A DNA stretch of 60,698 nucleotides, from NCBI GenBank assembly GCA_964430025.1, contig CAYSFA010000001.1, positions 1 through 60,698 of the forward strand, given 5' to 3'. The position numbers and the translations under genes were made by a program. Below the pieces are notes generated by a model. That model saw nothing but the letters and a program-made list of their open reading frames with translations. It was not told where the DNA came from and searched no databases. Within the stretch, counting starts at the first letter, position 1. Each line of letters opens with the position of its first letter. Below, piece by piece: positions 35,730 to 46,263 of the stretch. Origin of the DNA: an uncultured Anaerolineaceae bacterium. GTDB taxonomy: Bacteria; Chloroflexota; Anaerolineae; Anaerolineales; Anaerolineaceae.

Positions 35730-38700
35730 ATGAGATATAAAATGAAAAGATTTTTCTATTGGATTTTTGTGCTAGTTTTTCTAACCAGTTGTGTTAAGCA
35801 ACCTGCTCCTACATCCACCCCATCCATGGAACCGCAACCTACCACCGGTCATTTGGTGATCAGTGAAATTATGGCCGGAGAATCCGGGAACAATAACCTG
35901 GATTTTATCGAGCTTTATAACCCATCACCGGAGTTAGTGGATCTGCAAGGTTATTCTCTTTGGTACCAATTGAAAAAGGATCAGGAGGATGTCCTGGTTT
36001 ACACCTGGGAAACTTCCGCTTATATCCCACCCTTTGGGCATTACTTGTTATTACGAACCAATCAAACATTGGGAATTGATGTAGATGCTTACTTCGATAC
36101 CTCCCTTGTACCACAAAGAGGGAGTCTTGCATTACGTTCGAAAGTAGAAGGTATCGTGGATATGGTTGCCTGGGGTGATGCGGATGCAGCTTTTGTTGAA
36201 ACAGCAAACGCACCAGCAATCGTTAACGGACGGTCAATAGAACGATTGCCTGGAGGTAAAGCTGGAAATGGGGAAGATACCAATAATAATGTCAAAGATT
36301 TTATTATAAATAAGCAACCTATTGCACAATCAACAACCAGTGTCACTACACCTTTGTTAGAAAAAGAAATCGAACTGTCCATAAATGTACAAGACACTTC
36401 TGAGCCTGGGGAAACACTTGTATACGATCTGTTTATTTCGAACTTAACAAACCAAACCTTGGAAGATGTAACTCTTCATTTCCCGATCGTTAAGGATTTA
36501 TCCCTACAGGATAGCTCGATAGGTTTTGATCAGAAAAACAATCAAATCGAATTTGATTTGGGTGATCTTGCCCCAAAAGATAATATCAATATTGTTCTTT
36601 CATTTGAAGTAGCCTGGAAGTACACAACCATCACAGTGCCTGGTATTTATGTCGATGCAACGAATATGTCTTACCCGATATTGAGTGGACCAAAACGTAC
36701 TCTCATTCAAGGCGGCTCAGTTCCTATCGGAATCGCACGAACATTATTAAATGATGAAGGAGTAATCATTGAAGGAACAGCAACCATGTATACCGGTGGA
36801 TACTACGCCGGTTCTTCTGGGGTAAAGTTCTATTTAGAAGATAATACTGGTGGAATTCAGGTATATGTACCCGGAGGTAGTGGAGAAGTTGATGTGCCAT
36901 TGGGAGCAAAAGTACGTGTCGTTGGGATACCTCAACCTTACCGGGGAGCAATCGAGATCGTACCTTCTCCTGAAGATGTCAATGTAGTCCAACAACCTGT
37001 TGACCCCTTTGCCTGGGAACCACGTTTGCTATCCATCGAAGACATTCTCAATGATTCTGAAGCCGTTGCTGGAACGCTGGTTACCATTAATGGAGAAGTT
37101 CAGCGGGTTGAGGAGTTTTCTTACAGTTATGAAATGGATCTCGTTCAAGACGGGAAAGTGCTTGGGATTTATGTAGATAAGTTAACAGAAATCAATGTTG
37201 AAGCAATTGAAATAGGACAATACTTTGAGATAACCGGAGTCCTTGAATTTGTGGATGATACCATTCAAATAAATCCACGTGTACAATCTGACCTGGTTAT
37301 GGTGCAACCACCAACCGTCACCCTGGAGGCTGATTTACCCATCAATTACAACGCAACGGAAGAGTTTGAGATTCAGTTGGTGGTTAATAATCATTACTCG
37401 GAGAATATTACTGATCTCAATATCACACTGGACGTTCCCGAAGGCTTTACGATCAATCAGATATCCGATGAAGGTCGTGAAGAAAACGGGAAGATCACCT
37501 GGAGTTTGAATAATTTACCAGGCGAAGGCAACGAACAAACCTTTAGTGTCTTTGGAGTAATTTCAGAGTCACTTGATTATCTATTTCTCGAGAATTACAA
37601 CTTAAGTTATGCTTCCCAGGAAGAAACCATTATTGGGAATCCTTCTTATAGTTTTCCGGGAGATTTTGTTCCAGTGTGGGCTATTCAAGGAAGAACTGCA
37701 CGGTCGCCTTATTTACTAAAGCAAGTAAAAACCAGTGGAGTTGTGACAGGAATTTTCCCTGAATTGGGTGGATTCTTCATTCAAGGAGATCCAGATCAGG
37801 ACGAGCTTACATCCCATGGTTTGTTTGTATACACAGAAATGGTAGATCCTTCAATCTCAATAGGAGATTTAATTTCTGTTGAAGGCATCATTCATGAACC
37901 TCAAAGTGAAACCCAACTCATCCTGGAAGATTGGCAGATACATGAAAGCAACCACCGATTGCCAAATCCTATTACGCTCGACCCACCAATCGATGAAATT
38001 GAAAGTAATAACTATTTTGAAACAATGGAAGGAATGATCGTTCAGATTGACGGACCTGCTCGTGCAGTTTCTCCCACGAATAAATACGGAGAAACAGCCC
38101 TGGTTCTTCCATCTTATATGGGCACACACCTGTTACAAGGGAAACAGAATGGAATGGCAATCCGAATCGATGATGGATCTTCTGTAACCCACTTTGATCA
38201 ATCGACCATGCCCTATGCCGCTTCCACCGGGGATCTTTTTTATGACATTCACGGACCATTATCCTTTTCCTACGGATATTTCAAGATTCAACCTTTAATT
38301 AACCCGGTAATCGAAACACAACCTCTCATTGCGGATGCTTTACCTACCACAGGAACGGATGAATTCCGTGTGATGACCTGGAATGTTGAAAATTTCTTCG
38401 ATTTTCTCGAACCACATCCCAGCAGTCCTTCGTTGCCAACCGTGGCAGAATATCGAGCCTGGGTGGAGAAGATTGCCAATGCTATTCTTCTTGCAGATTA
38501 CCCAGCGGTGATTGGTTTTCAGGAAGTGGAACATGTTGGCGCATTGGAAGATATAGCTGAACATCAACTTTTACAACAATTTAATTATCAAGCGGTTCTC
38601 CTGGAAGGGACAGACAGCCGCGGGATTGACGTCGGTTACTTAGTTCGAGGTGATGTGCAGGTCTTGGATGTACAACAATTCCCTGCACCGGAAGAATTGA

Positions 38701-39185
38701 CCCCCAGACCCCCATTACTGGTAAAGGTTCAAATTGATCTTGGGGGGAATACACGTATTGTTTATTTATTGAACAATCATTTTCTTGCGATGAGTGGAGG
38801 AGAGCAAGCGACTGAACCACGGCGGGTTGCCCAGGCAGCTTGGAATGGTAAATTGGTTCAACAAATTCTGGCGGATGATCCAGACGCTTTTGTCATTGTG
38901 ATGGGTGATCTTAATTCTTACTACGATTCTCCTCCGATTGATGCTCTTCGCCAGGCAGGCATGGTGCATACCTTTGATCAACTAACCCCTGAAGAAAGAT
39001 ATACCTATATTTATCAGGGAGTTGCCCAAGTGCTGGATCACATTTTAGTCCATCAAAATTACGAAGAAAACATCAGCCGTGTGGATATCCTACATGTCAA
39101 TGCAGATTATCCATTACAACCACCCGCAGATACGTCGGTGTTCCATAAATCGGATCACGACCCAGTTGTAATTACTTTTAAATAA
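35730..39185 (+). CDS. extracellular nuclease lipoprotein, lamin-tail-domain + endonuclease/exonuclease/phosphatase (ExeM/NucH-like)
   Basis: Lipobox FLTSC. LTD motif HLVISEIMAG...LDFIELYNPSPELVDLQGYSL. C-terminal EEP motifs FRVMTWNVENFF and FHKSDHDPVVITF. Confidence 0.8.
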   Translation: MRYKMKRFFYWIFVLVFLTSCVKQPAPTSTPSMEPQPTTGHLVISEIMAGESGNNNLDFIELYNPSPELVDLQGYSLWYQLKKDQEDVLVYTWETSAYIPPFGHYLLLRTNQTLGIDVDAYFDTSLVPQRGSLALRSKVEGIVDMVAWGDADAAFVETANAPAIVNGRSIERLPGGKAGNGEDTNNNVKDFIINKQPIAQSTTSVTTPLLEKEIELSINVQDTSEPGETLVYDLFISNLTNQTLEDVTLHFPIVKDLSLQDSSIGFDQKNNQIEFDLGDLAPKDNINIVLSFEVAWKYTTITVPGIYVDATNMSYPILSGPKRTLIQGGSVPIGIARTLLNDEGVIIEGTATMYTGGYYAGSSGVKFYLEDNTGGIQVYVPGGSGEVDVPLGAKVRVVGIPQPYRGAIEIVPSPEDVNVVQQPVDPFAWEPRLLSIEDILNDSEAVAGTLVTINGEVQRVEEFSYSYEMDLVQDGKVLGIYVDKLTEINVEAIEIGQYFEITGVLEFVDDTIQINPRVQSDLVMVQPPTVTLEADLPINYNATEEFEIQLVVNNHYSENITDLNITLDVPEGFTINQISDEGREENGKITWSLNNLPGEGNEQTFSVFGVISESLDYLFLENYNLSYASQEETIIGNPSYSFPGDFVPVWAIQGRTARSPYLLKQVKTSGVVTGIFPELGGFFIQGDPDQDELTSHGLFVYTEMVDPSISIGDLISVEGIIHEPQSETQLILEDWQIHESNHRLPNPITLDPPIDEIESNNYFETMEGMIVQIDGPARAVSPTNKYGETALVLPSYMGTHLLQGKQNGMAIRIDDGSSVTHFDQSTMPYAASTGDLFYDIHGPLSFSYGYFKIQPLINPVIETQPLIADALPTTGTDEFRVMTWNVENFFDFLEPHPSSPSLPTVAEYRAWVEKIANAILLADYPAVIGFQEVEHVGALEDIAEHQLLQQFNYQAVLLEGTDSRGIDVGYLVRGDVQVLDVQQFPAPEELTPRPPLLVKVQIDLGGNTRIVYLLNNHFLAMSGGEQATEPRRVAQAAWNGKLVQQILADDPDAFVIVMGDLNSYYDSPPIDALRQAGMVHTFDQLTPEERYTYIYQGVAQVLDHILVHQNYEENISRVDILHVNADYPLQPPADTSVFHKSDHDPVVITFK

Positions 39186-39203
39186 ACAGAACTATCTAAC
39201 TAC

Positions 39204-39234
39204 AAGAGCCCGATCAGTTTACAATCGGGCTCTT
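39204..39234. terminator. intrinsic terminator between convergent nuclease and SDR genes
   Basis: aagagcccgat (39204-39214) / 9-nt loop / atcgggctctt (39224-39234), followed by attttt. Confidence 0.8.
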
Positions 39235-39253
39235 ATTTTTCCCAATCCATAAG

Positions 39254-40072
39254 TTAATTTTTAGCTAATAGCGATTGCATTTGTTTGGTAATGAATCCTG
39301 TCGCCCCTTTGGAACTGATTCGATAGAACAGATCCATCAATTTCGAATCATTACCAACAAAAACATCATATTTGTCTTTCTCCATACCTTTTACTATAAT
39401 CTCAGCAGCATCTTTGGGATCTAATGGTTTGATCGAACTTTTATTACTGTCATTTGCCTGTTGCATGGCACGTTGATCGATACCAGAATTAGCAGCAATG
39501 TTTGTTCCAATGGCACCAGGAAATACAACTGTCACTGCAACATTCGTATCCATAAGCTCAGCATGTAACCCTTCTGTCAATAATTTCACAGCAGCTTTGG
39601 AAGCACCGTAAATAGTCTGCCCAGGTACTGGAAGGAAGCCACCCATACTGGAAATGTTAACAATATGTGCCACTGGCCTGGTTAGAAAATGAGGTAAAAA
39701 TGCCTTTGTCATCGTTAAAGTACCACAGAAATTTACATCAAAAACTCGTTGAATAACTTCATAACTAAGATCATTTATCTTGTCAAAAGGTTGAATGATG
39801 CCAGCATTGTTGATCAGTCCATCCACAACCCCATGCTTTGCGATGATCTCATCTTTTGCCTTCAGAACTTCTTCCCTAACCGCAATATTTACAACATGCA
39901 TAGAAAATTTATCTTTTTTCTCACCAACCAACTCAGCGGTTTCCACTAATGCGGATTCCTTAATATCCACACCTGCCACCGTAGCACCTTTTGCTATTAA
40001 ATTAAGGGTGATTTCCCGCCCCATTCCATTTCCAGCGCCAGTTACTACAATCACTTTATTTTGTACTTTCAT
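39254..40072 (-). CDS. short-chain dehydrogenase/reductase (SDR)
   Basis: TGAGNGMG cofactor motif and YGASK catalytic motif. ATG at 40072 is preceded by GGGAGGGA. Confidence 0.85.
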   Translation of the reverse strand: MKVQNKVIVVTGAGNGMGREITLNLIAKGATVAGVDIKESALVETAELVGEKKDKFSMHVVNIAVREEVLKAKDEIIAKHGVVDGLINNAGIIQPFDKINDLSYEVIQRVFDVNFCGTLTMTKAFLPHFLTRPVAHIVNISSMGGFLPVPGQTIYGASKAAVKLLTEGLHAELMDTNVAVTVVFPGAIGTNIAANSGIDQRAMQQANDSNKSSIKPLDPKDAAEIIVKGMEKDKYDVFVGNDSKLMDLFYRISSKGATGFITKQMQSLLAKN

Positions 40073-40315
40073 CAATTCCCTCCCAGGACTAATAATTGAT
40101 TAATTATAGAAAATGATCACAGCTTATACAAGAATTTATCCAATCTGAGAGAAAGATGGAACCATTTTTGAGATAACTTTATCTTGAAGAGAGTGGGCAA
40201 CCCATTCAAAACGTACATAATGTAATTTAAAATATTAAGCCAATATGATTAATTGGCAGTACGAATTTTCCTACCCAATGATAGGAATTCTTTTACTGTC
40301 CATCAATTACTTTAT

Positions 40316-40888
40316 TTACACCCTTAACGAGCCGCGAAATCCTCTTACACCATAATATGAATCAGCACCATTATGGTAAATAAACACTCTTCCGAAGCGA
40401 CGATCTCCAAAAATTGATCCACCGTGTTTTCTGACATCTAAAGGTGTTTTCAACCAACTCGAAGTTTTGGTATCAAATTCTCCAAGTTCCTGTAAGTAGA
40501 AATATTCTTCTTCTGTAAGAAGGTCTATTCCCATCTTTTCTGCCATATTTACAGCACTATCCTCAGGGGGATATTTTTTTCTGGCTTCTAACGCTTCATG
40601 GTCATAACAAACATTTCTGCGATCTTTGGGAGTCTCCTCAGAACAATCAAAGAAAATGAATTCACCATTGATGTCATCAAAACCAACCACATCAGGCTCT
40701 CCCCCAGTTTTTTCCATCTCCTGCAGTGACCACATCTTTTCTGGGTTGGCCACCAGTTTCTTTGAAACGTTTTCCCAATCCAGGTTTGCATGTCTCTTCA
40801 TATTCTTCTCAAATCGACGTTTCAAAATTAGGATTAGTGCATCCTGCACTTCTGTTTTCAACTGTTTTATGATTTTCATATTACTCAT
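40316..40888 (-). CDS. DUF4256-family protein
   Basis: WSLQEMEKTGGEPDVVGFD ... FFDCSEETPKDRRNVCYD ... FDTKTSSWLKTP ... YHNGADSYYGVRGFRGSLRV matches my recollection of the DUF4256 consensus over its full length. Confidence 0.6.
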   Translation of the reverse strand: MSNMKIIKQLKTEVQDALILILKRRFEKNMKRHANLDWENVSKKLVANPEKMWSLQEMEKTGGEPDVVGFDDINGEFIFFDCSEETPKDRRNVCYDHEALEARKKYPPEDSAVNMAEKMGIDLLTEEEYFYLQELGEFDTKTSSWLKTPLDVRKHGGSIFGDRRFGRVFIYHNGADSYYGVRGFRGSLRV

Positions 40889-40942
40889 ACTTCTATCCTA
40901 AAAATTTTATGAACAAATATCAATATTCCGTACAATTCCAGA

Positions 40943-41362
40943 TCAAATAAAAGCCCCGATTCCAAACAACAAAACAAAAATAAAAATCATTACCCCTAAA
41001 AAAATTGAATAATTTTTAGGTTCTATTTGCCCGCCACGATCCATTTTCCTAATCAGAGGGAATAGACGCCAATAGAATGTAAGGGTGGCGATTCCTAAAG
41101 CGATTAGACTTAATTGTTGTATTTTTAGATCTCCAAAAAATACAATTACCCCCAACAAAAGTAGAAAAATCAATTTTGTGCCAGCCACCCAGTTCACCAG
41201 GTACTTAATGAAATCATGGATATCAGGGTACTGTTTTGATGTTTCCCAGGCAGAAAATACTCCCACCGCATTTGCCATTTTGGATCCTGGTTTGAAAAAT
41301 AAAGCCAGAACATTGGAGGTCTCAAGAATGATAAAACCAAGAATTACAATTTTTACAAACAT
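40943..41362 (-). CDS. hypothetical 4-TM membrane protein
   Basis: Hydrophobicity pattern only. Confidence 0.4.
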   Translation of the reverse strand: MFVKIVILGFIILETSNVLALFFKPGSKMANAVGVFSAWETSKQYPDIHDFIKYLVNWVAGTKLIFLLLLGVIVFFGDLKIQQLSLIALGIATLTFYWRLFPLIRKMDRGGQIEPKNYSIFLGVMIFIFVLLFGIGAFI

Positions 41363-41427
41363 ATTGCAACCTCCCAGTGGTAGTTTTCTCTACATAAACT
41401 ATGGATCAATCCAAAAAAGCCCAAAAT

Positions 41428-43041
41428 TCAAGCTTTTTTGTTCTTAGCTGCTTTTAGGATTTTTTGTGTTGCATACCAACCTGTCAACATGGCAATGGGT
41501 ACCCCTGCAGGGGAATAGGACCATTGTCCCGCTTGATAGACATTTGGAATCGGTGTTAAGACAGATTTTGGGATATCCTGTAATTTGTTGATCACGGGCG
41601 AAGGTGTTTCAAACGACCAACCCACGATAGCGCCTTCTGAACTTCCCGCAATTTTTTCAATGGTCAATGGTGTTGAAGAAAATTTGAAAATAATGTCATC
41701 TTCCAAATTCTTGTAAATTGAACCTGAAAAAATTTTGACAATATGATTTACGGCGCTAGCTTTAAATTCCTCATACCAACCTGCTTTATCCACCAGTTTT
41801 AACAGCTGATAATCAAACAAACAACTCACCATCAATCCAGACTTGCCCTCCGGGGCTAGCGTTGAATCACGAAGAGCGGGAATCGAAATTTCAAAAGTAT
41901 TCAATCTTAAATATTTTTCAAGCCAATCAAATACTTCTTCCTTCAATTTATGTTCAAAATTGTCGATAATGTTTTGTCTTTCTTTTGTGTTTGTTTCCCC
42001 TAGCCCTTGCGACGAAGGCGTATAAAACAAGTGTTCGCCACCATTTTGTTGAAAGTAAGATGGAGGACGATTCACAGCTAGATTCAAAATAAGGACTGAT
42101 TCTGCCCCCATGGCTGCTTGCATATTGGTAGAAACTGCTTTCACTTCATCTGAAATCTCTTTATCTAATCCATCAATATTAAGATTAAGGTACATTGTTT
42201 TCAGGTCTGCTGCCCAAATCAGATGATCATATTGGTACTCATTACCGGATGCATCTACAACCTTCGATTGCTCAGGCACAATTTCGACAATCTTTGTGTT
42301 TAGTTTTATTTTTCCACCACTTGCTAGAATTTTTTCTTGTAATAGATTACTAAGTGTCCCAGTTCCATTTTTAGGATAAAAATAATCCATGTAAACATAA
42401 AAATATCCAAGGGCAAAATATGTGGGAGTTCTTCTGAAAAAGTGTTGGATGATGATATCAATCGCTGATTGATTCGATAATCTTTCCTTTAAAAAATCTT
42501 CCATGGGAAGGTTGTATTGATTCAATTTTTGAAGGGTAATCAGGAACTTAACTGTCCAGGGGATCAGTTTTTTGAAAATAAATTTCTTGTTGCTCTTCAG
42601 ATCAAGAAAATTCGGATTATCAAATTCATATAATACTTTGGTATAGTCGGATTGTTTTGAAATCTCCGCAATAACATTTCTAATTTCATCCTTGTTGTCA
42701 GGGTATAGCAGTTCTAGTATCCGTTTGTACTCCTGTAAATCCTCCATTGAATTTACTCGGAAAAAATGATCTTCTATTCCTATAGAAATTTTGTTTTCTA
42801 AAGTATTCAGTTGGATCCCCAAATCATTGAAAATTGGTTTCACGATACCAGAATTCACATACGCTCTGGGACCAGAATCAAAGAAGAATCCATTACTTTC
42901 GAAGGTGCCTACCAATCCCCCAACCCGATCGTTTTTATCCACCAATAATACGTTGTAATTCTCTCTGATTAAATAGGCAGCTGCGGTTAACCCTGCCATT
43001 CCAGCACCAACAATTACAACTTTGTTATCCTTATCACTCAT
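41428..43041 (-). CDS. FAD-dependent oxidoreductase, phytoene-desaturase/amine-oxidase-like
   Basis: Dinucleotide-binding N-terminus VVIVGAGMAGLTAAAYL...VLLVDKNDRVGG. The ATG at 43041 overlaps the upstream SDR stop. Confidence 0.7.
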   Translation of the reverse strand: MSDKDNKVVIVGAGMAGLTAAAYLIRENYNVLLVDKNDRVGGLVGTFESNGFFFDSGPRAYVNSGIVKPIFNDLGIQLNTLENKISIGIEDHFFRVNSMEDLQEYKRILELLYPDNKDEIRNVIAEISKQSDYTKVLYEFDNPNFLDLKSNKKFIFKKLIPWTVKFLITLQKLNQYNLPMEDFLKERLSNQSAIDIIIQHFFRRTPTYFALGYFYVYMDYFYPKNGTGTLSNLLQEKILASGGKIKLNTKIVEIVPEQSKVVDASGNEYQYDHLIWAADLKTMYLNLNIDGLDKEISDEVKAVSTNMQAAMGAESVLILNLAVNRPPSYFQQNGGEHLFYTPSSQGLGETNTKERQNIIDNFEHKLKEEVFDWLEKYLRLNTFEISIPALRDSTLAPEGKSGLMVSCLFDYQLLKLVDKAGWYEEFKASAVNHIVKIFSGSIYKNLEDDIIFKFSSTPLTIEKIAGSSEGAIVGWSFETPSPVINKLQDIPKSVLTPIPNVYQAGQWSYSPAGVPIAMLTGWYATQKILKAAKNKKA

Positions 43042-43996
43042 TGAAACCACCCAAACTCATACTGATCCTCCATAATTTTTCAGCCTCTTCTTTGTCTAAA
43101 GCTGGAGGGGCAAGCTCTTCTTCCGTGGTGAGATTAAAGAATCTTCCTGAAACATCCTCTAAATCCGGGGAGACCCCCAAATAATAGAGCGCTTCAGCTG
43201 AATCGGATAATGGACGAGCAGATCGATCAATAAAAAACTTTTTGAATTGTTTATAAAGCCAACCATTGCTTTGCCCACTATTAGTCCGTACATTTCCAGG
43301 ATGCATCGCATTTATTGTTATGCCAGACCCTTGAAAATATTCATTAAATTTTATCATCGAAAGCAATTGAGCCATTTTTGCTGATCCATAACTTTGCAAT
43401 CCTGAATACTTATGGTGATCCCACCGTAAATCATCCATATGCATCCCAAAAGCAGAAAATCGATAGGCTTCAGAATTTACAAATAAAATACGGCCACTTT
43501 TTTGGTTTCTGAGTTTTTCACGGATGTAATAATTTAAGAGAAAGGTTGAAAGATAATTGGTTTGAAATATAGCTTCATGGTTATCAATGGTGAAAGTCTT
43601 TTTCGTGAGATATACCCCGGCATTATGGATGATTAAATCAATATCCCTTTCCAGGGTTACCAGAACCTGTGCAACTGAATGAACATCCGCTAATTTTGAA
43701 AAATCTGCGATTAAGTAAGAACAATCAGAATTGAATTTAGTGTGAAGCTCTTCACATAGTTCCTTAGATTTACCTTCATTTCGGTTGATGAATAATAAGG
43801 TTGCACCCTGTGAAGCAAATTTTCTCGCAGTAGCATAGCCAATTCCAGAGGTTGCCCCTGTAATTACCACCAAACGATCAGCATAACTATCAGGGCAAAT
43901 CTTAGGATCTAATTTTGAATTGCGAATCATTGCAAAGATATTAGACCATTTATAATCTTTCCAATATCGATTCAATTCTCCTCCAGAATAGGTCAA
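43034..43996 (-). CDS. SDR-family oxidoreductase (retinol-dehydrogenase-like)
   Basis: ITGATSGIG and YGSAK motifs. The TTG start at 43996 is uncertain. Confidence 0.75.
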   Translation of the reverse strand: MTYSGGELNRYWKDYKWSNIFAMIRNSKLDPKICPDSYADRLVVITGATSGIGYATARKFASQGATLLFINRNEGKSKELCEELHTKFNSDCSYLIADFSKLADVHSVAQVLVTLERDIDLIIHNAGVYLTKKTFTIDNHEAIFQTNYLSTFLLNYYIREKLRNQKSGRILFVNSEAYRFSAFGMHMDDLRWDHHKYSGLQSYGSAKMAQLLSMIKFNEYFQGSGITINAMHPGNVRTNSGQSNGWLYKQFKKFFIDRSARPLSDSAEALYYLGVSPDLEDVSGRFFNLTTEEELAPPALDKEEAEKLWRISMSLGGFNE

Positions 43997-44139
43997 TTTT
44001 ATCAGAAATGGCTCAAAATCTCATGATTATTCATGAGGGTTTTTCAAGCAAGCATTCCTACCCAGGGTGCAGAGGAAAAGGAAAACGATTACTGGGATAA
44101 CCATAAAGAATGAATTTATGTGGATGGGGTGTTACCGGA

Positions 44140-46233
44140 TTAAATATCTTCCCGAGCAAAACGAATCATAATACTTTGAAAATTTTTCAGATCGAATTTT
44201 ATGCCTTTCTCCATCCAGGCAAGACCGGACCTTGGTCGAGGATCTCTATCCATTTTATAAAGCAAATCAGGATCAAGTCCTTGTGGAAAGATTATTGGCA
44301 GGTCGAATGGATCGGGGAGAAACGTTCGGAATACAAACAAAACACCTTCCTGTTTATCTTTGCTAATGTACTGAATAGCAGCCAGCGTATCTTCAACTAC
44401 CGAAAGAAGACGATATTGGTCACCAAACTGGATGATATGCCGAATCGCTTTATAGTCACTAATAAATTTTGCTGCTTCGTTGCACGCAGTTTTATCCCAC
44501 AATCTAAGATCTGCGCCTATTCCTAATACACCACACATACTCACGTGAAAGCGGAATTCCAAAGGAAGAACCTCTTTCCAGGCATCTGTAACCCAGGATT
44601 CCAATGTAATTGCTGGAAAGACTCTTGAAAATCCTTCCTGAATCCATAATCTTGTGCAGGCATTTGTATTATCGCTAGCCCAAATTTGGTCGGCAAACCG
44701 TAAAATACCCAAGTCTACCCGTCCCCCACCCCCGGAACAACTTTGCCAAACCACATTCGGATGTTTCTTTTGAAGTTTTCCCCATAAAGTGTACAAGCCC
44801 TCGACATAACGAACCCAAATCTCGCGTGGATCGCCTGGTGCACCAGGCCAGCCCGGTTCACTGACATTTCTATTCATGTCCCATTTGACAAAACTGATAT
44901 TGTTTTCTGTTAATAGTGTGTCAATAACATTAAATAAATATTTTTGGACATCATCCCTCCCTAGATTCAAAATCAACTGGTTTCGGCTTTCATTGCGTTT
45001 TCGGGTTTGAAAATGGATCACCCAATCCGGATGAGACCGGTAGAGCTCGCTGTCAGGATTGACCATTTCCGGTTCAATCCACAATCCAAATTCCATACCC
45101 AACTCATTCACTTTTTGAATAAGCGGAGATAATCCATAGGGAAACTTGATTTCGTCTGGCCACCAGTCCCCTAATCCGGAGCGATCATCTTTACGACCGT
45201 GAAACCATCCATCATCCACCACAAACAACTCAACTCCAATCCCAGCTGCAATTTCCGCAAGCTCTGTTTGGGATTTTTCATCAATATCGAAAGAAGTCGC
45301 CTCCCATGAGTTGTAAAGAACCTTATGAAGAGTTTTACCATGTGGAATTATTCGATCTCTTATGTAATCATGTAAATTTCTACTAGCCTCCCCAAACCCA
45401 TTTATCGTAAAACCCGCCAGAGTAGTTGGGGTTATAAATGTTTCGCCTTTTTTTAATTTCCAAACATAATCCCAATCATTCAACCCAAGATGAATACGTG
45501 TTGATTCAAAATCCGTTACTTCTGCTTCCAATTTCCAATTACCGCTCCAGGCAAGAACTCCAAACCAGACTTTTCCATAATTCTCACTCGCGTCACCTTT
45601 ATCAATTGCGAACCATGGGTTATGGTGATGGCTGGTTGTTAATCTGCGACTTTCAATCACCTTGATGCCTTTTGTTAGTAATTCATGATGGAAATGCATT
45701 TCATCATTCCATCTGCCTGACAAATGGGAAAACCAATAACCTGTACCACGAGGAAGATTCCAACATGCTGAAAATATCCGTGTGATAGTAAGCGGTTCAT
45801 CCCCTAAATTTGAAATAGAAACCCACCGTTCAATTAGATTCAATGATTCATATAAACGATAATACAAATTTAACCGCACTGGATAATGATCATCCTGAAA
45901 GAATAAGCAAAGTTCCGGAGTCGGCACAGTTTTCACTTCAAACGAATCATAATTGAGTACAAAGTCACGTGTACCATCTGAAAAACTAACCAATACATCA
46001 GGCTCGGTAAACTTCATACCATTCCATGTTGGATACTCCTCCGGAGTCAGATGGGTTGCATTATTGAATGATGCCCATTTTTTACCTGCCGGAGGAGATG
46101 GGTAATCATTTAAACTTTTTAAGCGTTTTCCCCAATAACTATGGGCTAAAATGCCATCTGTATTGATGCCCATTGCATACCCCATTTGATTTGTTTCCAG
46201 AATCCAGCAGTTAGATAAATGATGAATTGGCAT
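44140..46233 (-). CDS. alpha-galactosidase, glycoside hydrolase family 36
   Basis: VLYNSWEATSFDIDE ... ELFVVDDGWFHGRKDDRSGLGDWW ... FGLWIEPEMVNPDSELY ... VKWDMNR are hallmark GH36 segments. Confidence 0.9.
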   Translation of the reverse strand: MPIHHLSNCWILETNQMGYAMGINTDGILAHSYWGKRLKSLNDYPSPPAGKKWASFNNATHLTPEEYPTWNGMKFTEPDVLVSFSDGTRDFVLNYDSFEVKTVPTPELCLFFQDDHYPVRLNLYYRLYESLNLIERWVSISNLGDEPLTITRIFSACWNLPRGTGYWFSHLSGRWNDEMHFHHELLTKGIKVIESRRLTTSHHHNPWFAIDKGDASENYGKVWFGVLAWSGNWKLEAEVTDFESTRIHLGLNDWDYVWKLKKGETFITPTTLAGFTINGFGEASRNLHDYIRDRIIPHGKTLHKVLYNSWEATSFDIDEKSQTELAEIAAGIGVELFVVDDGWFHGRKDDRSGLGDWWPDEIKFPYGLSPLIQKVNELGMEFGLWIEPEMVNPDSELYRSHPDWVIHFQTRKRNESRNQLILNLGRDDVQKYLFNVIDTLLTENNISFVKWDMNRNVSEPGWPGAPGDPREIWVRYVEGLYTLWGKLQKKHPNVVWQSCSGGGGRVDLGILRFADQIWASDNTNACTRLWIQEGFSRVFPAITLESWVTDAWKEVLPLEFRFHVSMCGVLGIGADLRLWDKTACNEAAKFISDYKAIRHIIQFGDQYRLLSVVEDTLAAIQYISKDKQEGVLFVFRTFLPDPFDLPIIFPQGLDPDLLYKMDRDPRPRSGLAWMEKGIKFDLKNFQSIMIRFAREDI

Positions 46234-46263
46234 TAACCCTCCGGGAGGACATTATTATTGTTA

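Noticed and set aside
44020-44037. 7-bp AT-rich hairpin (ctcatga/tcatgag) downstream of the GH36 gene, considered as a terminator.
   Set aside because: The stem is weak. The T-run lies on the plus strand, which has no upstream gene. On the relevant minus strand only atttt follows. Support is insufficient.
44110-44526. 138-aa plus-strand ORF overlapping the 3' end of the GH36 gene.
   Set aside because: It is antisense to a strongly supported alpha-galactosidase CDS and has no recognisable features.
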